NCBI GenBank assembly: GCA_046735395.1 | Contig: JBJKQR010000002.1 | Coordinates: 1-16,425, forward strand | From: Fidelibacterota bacterium | Lineage (GTDB): Bacteria > Fidelibacterota > Fidelibacteria > Fidelibacterales > DSDE01 | Length of the DNA stretch: 16,425 bases | Direction of reading: 5' to 3' | Shown: one piece after another, positions 9,551 to 16,425 of the stretch | Layout of the letters: each line of letters begins with the position of its first letter | Numbering within the stretch: the first letter of the stretch is position 1 | Position numbers and translations under genes: made by a program | The notes under the pieces: generated by a model | What the model saw: the letters and a program-made list of their open reading frames with translations, nothing else | Told to the model about the DNA's origin: nothing | Databases searched by the model: none

Positions 9551-10750
9551 ATGTTATTTGTTTATGATGATGCCCTGGAAGACAGCGCAAAAATCAAGGT
9601 CGTCGGCGTCGGCGGCGCGGGAGGAAATGCACTGAACCGGATGATAAACACCAATATGGATGGTGTGGAATTTATTGCCGTGAATACGGATGCCCAGGCT
9701 CTGAATGAGAATAAGGCTGAAATCAAAATACAGATCGGCCGTGAACTCACTCGTGGCAAAGGTGCCGGAGCCCGGCCCGAAGTCGGAAAGAAGGCCGCTG
9801 AAGAAAGCCGGGATGCCCTGGTCGAGGTCATGAAAAATACGGATCTGGTCTTCATTACGGCCGGTATGGGAGGCGGAACGGGAACCGGTGCCGCTCCTGT
9901 CATTGCCGGACTGGCCCGGGAAAACGGCGCTCTGGTCGTTGGCATCGTATCGAGACCCTTTACCTTTGAAGGCCGCAAACGCGCCGAAAATGCCATCGGC
10001 GGGATCAATGAACTTCGTGAAAACGTGGATACCCTCATTGTCGTTCAGAACCAGAAGCTGCTGGAGATCGTCGGTGCTGAAACAAATTTCGAAGATGCCT
10101 TTGTCACCGCTGACAGTATTCTGAATCAGGCAGCCCGCGGCATCTCCGATCTGATCATCCGTCATGGCCTCATCAATCTGGACATGGAGGATGTAAAGAC
10201 GGTCATGACAGATATGGGTGATGCCATCATGGGTATCGGTACGGCTTCAGGCCCGTCCCGCGGCGTCATGGCTGCTTCTCTGGCCATTTCCTCTCCCCTG
10301 CTTGATGATGTGAGCATTGCCGGCGCAAAGGGCGTTCTCATCAATTTCACGGGCGGAAAGGATATGAAGCTTACCGAAGTCAATGAAGCGGCCGAAATCA
10401 TTCATCAGGAGGCGGGTGACGATGCAAATATCATATTCGGAACCGTCATTGATGAAACGATGAAGGATGAGATCAAGATCACCGTCATTGCCACCGGATT
10501 CAACAAACCGGCAGATCCCGTGAAACAGGTTCTGACCGTTCAGCAGCCGACCCGGATAAATATGAACGGGAATCCGTCCACCCAGCCGGCCGGATACAGA
10601 GTCCCCGAACCGACTATGGTCAAAACGCCCAAAAATCTGGAATTCATGCAGCCGGAAACGGCAAAAGCCCCGCTGATCCGGAATATGGGAGCCGATGATC
10701 TGGAAATTCCGGCATGGATACGGCAGCAGGAATCCTATCGGAATCAGTAA
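9551..10750 (+). CDS. ftsZ: cell division GTPase FtsZ
   Basis: IKVVGVGGAGGNA, NTDAQAL, tubulin signature GMGGGTGTGAAP, PFTFEG, NLDxxD T7 loop, VIATGF, Pro/Gln-rich linker, C-terminal DDLEIPAWIR. Confidence 0.99.
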   Translation: MLFVYDDALEDSAKIKVVGVGGAGGNALNRMINTNMDGVEFIAVNTDAQALNENKAEIKIQIGRELTRGKGAGARPEVGKKAAEESRDALVEVMKNTDLVFITAGMGGGTGTGAAPVIAGLARENGALVVGIVSRPFTFEGRKRAENAIGGINELRENVDTLIVVQNQKLLEIVGAETNFEDAFVTADSILNQAARGISDLIIRHGLINLDMEDVKTVMTDMGDAIMGIGTASGPSRGVMAASLAISSPLLDDVSIAGAKGVLINFTGGKDMKLTEVNEAAEIIHQEAGDDANIIFGTVIDETMKDEIKITVIATGFNKPADPVKQVLTVQQPTRINMNGNPSTQPAGYRVPEPTMVKTPKNLEFMQPETAKAPLIRNMGADDLEIPAWIRQQESYRNQ

Positions 10751-10805
10751 ATGGCTGTTTTGAAGCGTTCCGCTTCGTTATGGGTAAAAATATTATTTGA
10801 ATAAT

Positions 10806-10842
10806 AAAAAAACCCCCGGCAAAACCGGGGGTAAATTTTTTT
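10806..10842. terminator. bidirectional intrinsic terminator between convergent ftsZ and rpmB
   Basis: Perfect 8-bp stem ACCCCCGG (10812-10819) / CCGGGGGT (10825-10832) with a 5-nt loop. A7 on the left (10806-10812) is the U-tract for the - strand; T7 on the right (10836-10842) follows a 3-nt AAA gap. Confidence 0.88.
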
Positions 10843-10859
10843 CAGATGAAAAAACGGAA

Positions 10860-11048
10860 TCAGGCTTTGACGACGTTATTGGATTTTATGCAGCTCGTAC
10901 AGACTTTCATTTTCTTCACCGTTCCGTTGACATTGGCGCGGACAACCTGAAGATTCGGTTCCCAGCGACGCCGTGTCTTGTTATGCGCATGGCTGACACT
11001 GTTTCCGTAAACTGGTTTTTTTCCGCATATTTCGCATATCTTTGACAT
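10860..11048 (-). CDS. rpmB: 50S ribosomal protein L28 (bL28), Cys-containing form
   Basis: 62 aa, [33 protein letters not shown]...[17 protein letters not shown] (11055-11061) 6 nt upstream. Confidence 0.97.
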   Translation of the reverse strand: MSKICEICGKKPVYGNSVSHAHNKTRRRWEPNLQVVRANVNGTVKKMKVCTSCIKSNNVVKA

Positions 11049-11071
11049 TCGCCTCTCCTTTCAAGCTGCGT

Positions 11072-11100
11072 AATATCACAATATTTATTTAAATATTCAA
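11072..11100 (-). promoter_or_regulatory. putative sigma70-type promoter of rpmB
   Basis: The - strand reads TTGAAT (11100-11095), 17 nt, then GATATT (11077-11072) preceded by TGn, inside a very AT-rich 54-nt gap. The -10 matches consensus at only 4/6. Confidence 0.4.
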
Positions 11101-11102
11101 GT

Positions 11103-12074
11103 TTAATTTTCAGCAAGCTCTGAATTTTCATCGTCATCGGGCTTTTCCGTCCACAGAGTCTCTCTTTTCTGATCCGCTTCGTCCAGAAGGTCCGGCAAAG
11201 TGAGCGCCCAGTCCACGGCTTCCCTGCACAGTGTGGTCGCTGCAGCCTGGCCCGCATATTTCACCATGTCTGCAAATTCCAGAACCCGGGCCATCTCGTC
11301 CACCAATTCCTGCGAAAGCACTGTTTTCAGTACGGGCAGCATTTCCCGGGTACTTAATTCGATAAGGTGCAGAAAGTACTGACTCTCTATATAATTTTTC
11401 AGGATATAATTATACTTTTCATAAAAATCCTTGAAGCGCCCCTGTAACAGATCATCACCATTGCTCAGCGCTTCCATCTCTTCCAGAAAGCGCGTCCGGG
11501 GAGATTTCAGGAATTCAATCTGATCCTCAGGCTGCGGATGATGACGGTTTCGAAATGCAAAATACAGAGCCGCAAGGGCAACCAGCACAATGAGGATAAG
11601 CAGCAGGACCTGTTTCGCTGTAAAGATGGAGACGGAGCGGGGGCCATACTGATCTGCCACCGCATTCCCGCCCAGACTGTCCAGAGCGCTGAGAATCAGA
11701 ACACTCACACTGTCACTGGCAATTTTTTGAGACAGGCTGTCGGCCCGTCCCGAGTCGGCGAGGATGAAGGACAGCGCCGGAAAGGTGGCCGTGGCCGTAT
11801 CGAAGGGCGAAACGGACATTGTCAGGCTGTACTGACGCATCCCGTCCTTCAGCGGGCTGTCGTCTTCCTTTACATCGAGAAGGACCCAGTTATGAAGGGA
11901 TTCTGCAGCCGGACGCTGAAATATTACCGTCGAGCCCTCCCGGTGTTCAAAGAGAAAATGATAGCGAAAAGGATCGCCGATATAGCCGCGGGCCGGTTGA
12001 ATTTCGGTAAGATTGGCGGCAGATGCGGCCAGAATATAGCCGAGCAGCAGGGCAGGCAGGATGGTCAGTCTCAA
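11103..12074 (-). CDS. single-pass membrane protein typical of MoxR/DUF58 (bat-like) operons; BatD/DUF4381-like
   Basis: N-terminal signal peptide, beta-rich region (IGDPFRY...SPFDT...FPALSF), TM helix VLLLILIVLVALAALYFAF followed by RNRHH, helical C-domain (LSTREM...ADMVKYA), acidic tail. TTG start overlaps the DUF58 stop (TTGA). Family assignment is from recall. Confidence 0.7.
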   Translation of the reverse strand: MRLTILPALLLGYILAASAANLTEIQPARGYIGDPFRYHFLFEHREGSTVIFQRPAAESLHNWVLLDVKEDDSPLKDGMRQYSLTMSVSPFDTATATFPALSFILADSGRADSLSQKIASDSVSVLILSALDSLGGNAVADQYGPRSVSIFTAKQVLLLILIVLVALAALYFAFRNRHHPQPEDQIEFLKSPRTRFLEEMEALSNGDDLLQGRFKDFYEKYNYILKNYIESQYFLHLIELSTREMLPVLKTVLSQELVDEMARVLEFADMVKYAGQAAATTLCREAVDWALTLPDLLDEADQKRETLWTEKPDDDENSELAEN

Positions 12075-12949
12075 TGTATCAGTCTTTCTCTGTTTTTGAA
12101 GAAAAGGCTCAGGGGAACAATATATGGCTTATCCGTTTCAATATTGATGAGATCCACCTTATTTTTCAGCGCCATTCTGGACAGGGTTTCCTGCCGGAGC
12201 TGAAAATTTCCCGCGTAGGCATCCTGCACAGCGGAGTCCCCCGTATCAATGACGATACGCTCCCGGCTTTCCTGATCCTGAAAAGCCATCAGTCCCATAT
12301 CCGGCAGTTTTTTATCAAAGGGATCCACCGTATGAACGAGAATCACATCATGAGTATTGCTGAGCGCCTTCAGTTCCATATCAAAATCGGTCGAATAGAA
12401 ATCACTCACCACAAATACGACGGATTTTTTCCGGGCAACTCTGGACAGAAAGCGGAGCGCGGACCGAATATCCGTCCCGGTGGATTCGTGTTCACCGAAG
12501 AGAATTTCACGGATCAGCTGCAGGGCGTAGGATTTCCCCTTTCGCGGAGACAGGTATTTCTCGATCTTGTCCGTAAAACTGAGCAGGCCGATCTTGTCAC
12601 CATTTTTCAGGGCTGAAAAAGCCAGGACGGAACAGATCTCGGCGGCTATCTCACTCTTCGCCGTCGAAATGGATCCGAAAAGCCCGGACGCGGAATTATC
12701 GATGACGAAATAAACCGTCAGTTCCCGCTCTTCCTCCATAATCTTGACGAAGGTTCCCTGCGACCGGGCCGTAACGTTCCAGTCAATCATCCGCACATCA
12801 TCGCCGTACTGGTACTCACGCACTTCGGCGAATTCCATGCCCCGGCCCTTGAAAGCGCTGTGGTATTCACCCGAAAACACCTCGTTCACCAGTTTCCGGG
12901 TCTGAATCTCGATCTGTTTAACTTTTTTTAAAACCTCTTCCGAAATCAT
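12071..12949 (-). CDS. DUF58 domain protein with vWA fold
   Basis: GEYHSAFKGRGMEFAEVREYQYGDDVRMIDWNVTAR, EEEREL, MIDAS-like DNSAS, VVSDF; directly downstream of MoxR. Confidence 0.93.
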   Translation of the reverse strand: MISEEVLKKVKQIEIQTRKLVNEVFSGEYHSAFKGRGMEFAEVREYQYGDDVRMIDWNVTARSQGTFVKIMEEERELTVYFVIDNSASGLFGSISTAKSEIAAEICSVLAFSALKNGDKIGLLSFTDKIEKYLSPRKGKSYALQLIREILFGEHESTGTDIRSALRFLSRVARKKSVVFVVSDFYSTDFDMELKALSNTHDVILVHTVDPFDKKLPDMGLMAFQDQESRERIVIDTGDSAVQDAYAGNFQLRQETLSRMALKNKVDLINIETDKPYIVPLSLFFKNRERLIH

Positions 12950-12969
12950 GACAGATATTCCGATTACGA

Positions 12970-13962
12970 TCAGGGAACAGGTATGGTATCAAAAACGGAT
13001 TTGATCACGTCATCCACCGTAATTTCCTCCGCCTCGGCTTCGAAGCTCAGGATGATACGATGGCGAAGTACGTCGTAGCCGACCTCCTTGATATCATCCG
13101 GCGTGACATAGGCACGGTGATTAAGGAAGGCATTGGCCTTCGCCGCCAGCACGAGATTGATGGAAGCGCGGGGAGATCCGCCGAACTCAATGAGCGCCGC
13201 CAGCTGCGACAGGCCGTATTCCTCCGGATTGCGGGTGGCAAAAACAAGATCCGTTACGTATTTGTGAATTTTATCATCCACATAAATGCCCTTGATGACC
13301 TTCCGCGCGCGCAGAATGTCATCCGTGGAGATCACGGCATTCACGGTCTCAGGGAGTGTCGATCCCGTGAACAGCCGAAGAATTTTCTGCTCTTCGTCCT
13401 TATTGGGATACCCTACCTTCACCTTCAGCATGAAGCGGTCCACCTGAGCTTCAGGCAGAGGATAGGTTCCCTCCTGCTCGATGGGATTCTGCGTAGCCAG
13501 TACCAGGAAGGGATCCGGAAGAGGATAACTGGTATCTCCGATCGTAACCTGCCGCTCCTGCATGGCTTCCAGAAGCGCAGACTGCACCTTGGCGGGGGAA
13601 CGGTTGATTTCATCCGCCAGAATAATATTCGCAAATACGGGACCCTTTTTTACATCAAAATTATTCTGATTCTGATTGTAGATCATGGTTCCGATCAAAT
13701 CCGCCGGAAGCAGGTCGGGAGTGAATTGAATCCGGTTAAAACCCGAATTGATACATTTTGCCAGACTGTTTACGGTCAGAGTCTTGGCCAGGCCCGGAAG
13801 ACCTTCCAGCAGAACATGGCCGTTGCTCAGCAGTGCCGTGAGCAGACGCCGGACCATCAGATCCTGACCGACCAGTACCTTTCTAAGTTCACTCTGCACC
13901 GCATCCGTAAAGCGGCTTTCCTTCTCAATTTCCTCATTCAGCAGCTGCAGGTTGAATTCCAT
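12970..13962 (-). CDS. moxR: MoxR family AAA+ ATPase
   Basis: Walker A HVLLEGLPGLAKT, RIQFTPDLLPADLIG, Walker B LADEINR, QSALLEAMQE, ATQNPIEQEGTYPLPEAQVDRF, GGSPRAS; SD AAAGGA upstream. Confidence 0.95.
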   Translation of the reverse strand: MEFNLQLLNEEIEKESRFTDAVQSELRKVLVGQDLMVRRLLTALLSNGHVLLEGLPGLAKTLTVNSLAKCINSGFNRIQFTPDLLPADLIGTMIYNQNQNNFDVKKGPVFANIILADEINRSPAKVQSALLEAMQERQVTIGDTSYPLPDPFLVLATQNPIEQEGTYPLPEAQVDRFMLKVKVGYPNKDEEQKILRLFTGSTLPETVNAVISTDDILRARKVIKGIYVDDKIHKYVTDLVFATRNPEEYGLSQLAALIEFGGSPRASINLVLAAKANAFLNHRAYVTPDDIKEVGYDVLRHRIILSFEAEAEEITVDDVIKSVFDTIPVP

Positions 13963-13974
13963 GTGTCCTTTCCT

Positions 13975-14484
13975 TTATTTTCCAGTGCTGTCCGGCGCCG
14001 TATCAACCATTCCCTTCAACTGGGGAATATCATCAATATCCTTGCCGAGATTATCTAACTCAAACTTGACGGCTGATGCCAGTTCATTATCGGCGTAATC
14101 CGCCAGAAAACGTTTATATTCGGTCTTTGCCTCATCGAAACGGCTGGTATTATTCGCCAGGAGAAATCCGGCCATAAAGCGGCTCTTAGGGCCATAGGCG
14201 CTCTGCGGGTAGACATCCGCAACATGACGATAAACCTGGATGGCCTTGCTCAGATCCTGAATATTATTCATATACAATTCGGCGAGCCGATAAGCGCTCT
14301 TCGCAGCCAGCTCGTTGTCCGGATACTTCTTTTCAAGTTTCTGAAACGTCTTTGCCGCGTCTTCGAACTTGTCCTTGGAAATCTGCGTTTCTGCATCCGT
14401 ATACATCTGAGATGCTGAACGGCGGTCACAGGATCCGGCCGCAAACACCAGCAATGTCAGTAATATGACTAGTTTTCTGCTCAT
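13975..14484 (-). CDS. TPR-repeat lipoprotein (BamD/CpoB-like)
   Basis: Start placed at the second ATG (14484), which has AAAGGA 6 nt upstream and gives MSRKLVILLTLLVFAAGSC (lipobox-like). Three TPR-like units end in KYPDNELA, VYPQSAYG and DYADNELA. Confidence 0.8.
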   Translation of the reverse strand: MSRKLVILLTLLVFAAGSCDRRSASQMYTDAETQISKDKFEDAAKTFQKLEKKYPDNELAAKSAYRLAELYMNNIQDLSKAIQVYRHVADVYPQSAYGPKSRFMAGFLLANNTSRFDEAKTEYKRFLADYADNELASAVKFELDNLGKDIDDIPQLKGMVDTAPDSTGK

Positions 14485-14551
14485 CAAAGGTCCTTTCTGC
14501 ATGTTGGGTTTAATGTTCCTATCATTAGTTTTGTTCCAAATTTAACAAAAA

Positions 14552-16425
14552 TTAAAAAGCAAATAAAAGGGCTAATATGAAGCGGATCTCCGTCTGGTCA
14601 AAGCGGGCCCTCTTTCCGGATGCGTCGTTGAGCACAAAGGGGAATTCGGCCCGGATGGGCCCGATGTAGGTATTATAGGTAAATCCGGCTCCGCAGGATG
14701 CGTAAATATTGCCGGCGCGCAGGGCTCCGGACAGGGACGGCTCGAGTGAACCGCTGTCCACAAACAGAAGCAGGCCCAGCGGGCCGTAGAGTTTCTGCCG
14801 TACTTCCGCATTCAGCAGCATCTTTGCGTGTCCGGCATAGATTGTCTGGCCGTCCGCACTGAGAAAAGCCTGGCCGATGCTCTGGCTCCAGCCTCTCACC
14901 GTATTTTCCGATCCCATCCGATACAGGGCATAGAGAGGAGCGCTCCCGTTGATTTCGTTGATCAGGCCGCTTTCCGCCCTGCAGGCAAAACTGGCATTCA
15001 TCCATAAGGGGAAATACCTGCTCAGGCTCAGATTGCTTTCCATATAGGAGGTTTGGCCCGTTGTCACTGACGCCGTCCACTGCGTCTCAAAGGCAAAATT
15101 CCAACCGGTGCTGGAGTAGAGAAAACTGTCCCGGTCGTCATAGCGCAGCTGATACTGAATTTTTCGCTGAACCTCCTTCTTTTCAGGGCTCAGCTTGCTG
15201 TCCACCTGGCGCAGGCTCAGCGTGAAGAGACTTCTCAGCAGTTCCCTGTAGCGATACAGCGACGATATTTCAAAACCGGAACTGGTCAGTTCATCATTTT
15301 TTGTCGTGACCATCTGATTGAAGGGAGAGTACACATCCCGCCGCGTAAACACGGAAAAGGTGGTGGGAAATCTGAAAATCAGGATCCAGGGCTCCGTGTA
15401 TTTCAGTTCCACATTATAGGAGGGAAGCAGCGCGGAAGGATGCTGGATCTGCTCCCACAGCAGATTAAAGGAAAAGGTGATACCGAGCTGTCGGGCATGC
15501 CCAAACAGATTGCGGTTCTTCCAGTCGATCTGACTGTATATATAGGTCTGGTTTATTGCTTCGATCCTTCCCTGACGAAGTCCCAGATTCATATCCCAGG
15601 TCTTTCGCAGTGCCTCGGAAACGGATATTTCCATATTCAACGTGGCCGTGGAGTCATTGCGGCCGACACGGTTCAGAACAATATTATTGTAGGCTCCCAG
15701 CTCAAAAATCCGCTTTCGGCTCTCCCTTACATTCGTCAGGTTGAAGAGATCTCCCTGGCTGAAGAGCAGTTCCCGCCGGATCAGGGAGCTTTGAACCGGA
15801 TTATTCCCCAGAATTTTCACAGAATCGATATGGTAGGCCGCTTCATTGGAAATCCTGAGCGTCCATACCAGCGCGGTGCTGTCCGAAAAACTCTCATCAA
15901 TATTGACATAGGGCATTCCCTTTTCCCCATAGCGATCTTCCAGAGCCTGCACGTTCTCCATGTAGACAAAGGGTTTGAATGCCTCATGGAGCTGAGGATC
16001 AAGTATCTTCAGAATTGCTTCATCTGAAAATTTTGTATTTCCGATGAGTCTGATTTCATCCAGACGGTAGAGCGCTCCCTCCCGAACAAGAATATGAAGG
16101 ATGGCTCCCGAGGCGCCGAATAGTTCCAGAGAATCCCGGACACTGCATTCCAGATAGCCCTGGGCCTGATATTGCCGCTTCATCATTTCAAGACTGCGCT
16201 GCACACTTCGTCGATTATAAAGACGGGTGGTCTTCAACAGTCCGACCCGTTCAAAATGGAGCAGCGGCTCAAGTTGATTCCGTTTGATATGATCATTCCC
16301 ATGAAATATCACATCCTCAATCCTGTATGAAGGATCGGCCGCGAAGGCTGCCAGGCTGACCATCGACAGCAGCAGAATCATCCGGACAAGGAAGCGACGC
16401 TTATTTTTTACTAATTTCAGGATTA
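14552..16425 (-). CDS. Omp85 family outer-membrane protein (TamA/BamA-like, three POTRA domains); 5' end probably beyond the window
   Basis: Three POTRA-like repeats (IEDVIFHGN, LDEIRLIGN, IDSVKILGN), barrel features NRNLFG, YTEPW, YDDRD, VRGW, FVDSG, YIGPIRAEF, and terminal FAF. The frame stays open from the track ATG (16381) to the window edge. Confidence 0.88.
   Translation of the reverse strand, partial: ILKLVKNKRRFLVRMILLLSMVSLAAFAADPSYRIEDVIFHGNDHIKRNQLEPLLHFERVGLLKTTRLYNRRSVQRSLEMMKRQYQAQGYLECSVRDSLELFGASGAILHILVREGALYRLDEIRLIGNTKFSDEAILKILDPQLHEAFKPFVYMENVQALEDRYGEKGMPYVNIDESFSDSTALVWTLRISNEAAYHIDSVKILGNNPVQSSLIRRELLFSQGDLFNLTNVRESRKRIFELGAYNNIVLNRVGRNDSTATLNMEISVSEALRKTWDMNLGLRQGRIEAINQTYIYSQIDWKNRNLFGHARQLGITFSFNLLWEQIQHPSALLPSYNVELKYTEPWILIFRFPTTFSVFTRRDVYSPFNQMVTTKNDELTSSGFEISSLYRYRELLRSLFTLSLRQVDSKLSPEKKEVQRKIQYQLRYDDRDSFLYSSTGWNFAFETQWTASVTTGQTSYMESNLSLSRYFPLWMNASFACRAESGLINEINGSAPLYALYRMGSENTVRGWSQSIGQAFLSADGQTIYAGHAKMLLNAEVRQKLYGPLGLLLFVDSGSLEPSLSGALRAGNIYASCGAGFTYNTYIGPIRAEFPFVLNDASGKRARFDQTEIRFILALLFAF

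Noticed and set aside
10777..10803. dif-like TAA...TTAT arrangement in the convergent intergenic region
   Set aside because: The spacer is 5 rather than 6 nt and the right arm matches the XerD consensus TTATGTTAAAT poorly.
10797..11045. 82-aa + strand ORF after ftsZ
   Set aside because: It runs through the terminator hairpin and is antisense to rpmB.
11066..11086. Possible Zur box (CGTAAT...) upstream of rpmB
   Set aside because: The dyad symmetry and spacing do not fit, and Zur normally controls the Cys-less paralog.
13060..14058. 332-aa + strand ORF antisense to moxR
   Set aside because: Shadow of a highly conserved gene; no recognisable motifs. Long antisense frames are expected from codon bias.
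14485..14502. Longer N-terminus (MQKGPL) of the TPR protein
   Set aside because: This stretch contains the SD (AAAGGA) for the downstream ATG, which yields a better lipoprotein signal.
14500..14540. sigma54 or ECF promoter suggested by TGGAAC/GGAAC
   Set aside because: No GC at the -12 position and no convincing ECF -10 element at the correct spacing.
1..16425. CRISPR arrays, tRNA/rRNA, IS elements, tandem repeats; frequent CCGGA/ATCCGG words
   Set aside because: Intergenic gaps are all about 110 nt or less and contain none of these. The CCGG-rich words are scattered within coding regions, consistent with genome-wide composition (not quantified).

Overview
Ordinary chromosomal window from a diderm bacterium; FCB-group/Marinimicrobia-like affiliation is inferred only. 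The + strand (1-10750) carries a tightly coupled division/cell-wall (dcw) cluster: 3' end of murE, murF, mraY, murD, ftsW, murG, murC, ftsQ, ftsA, ftsZ. There is no murB or ddl between murC and ftsQ. The cluster converges at a bidirectional intrinsic terminator on a - strand block: Omp85 (3-POTRA, TamA/BamA-like) > TPR lipoprotein > MoxR AAA+ ATPase > DUF58/vWA protein > single-pass membrane protein > rpmB (Cys-containing L28). I saw no mobile elements, CRISPR arrays or RNA genes. The most interesting signals are (i) an Omp85-TPR-MoxR-vWA-membrane protein module that looks like the front of a bat operon without batA-E, (ii) an FtsZ with paired non-consensus substitutions in the T3 and T7 loops and an unusual C-terminal peptide, and (iii) several intergenic palindromes and stop-coupled micro-ORFs. 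All calls come from motif recognition by eye; no searches were run.
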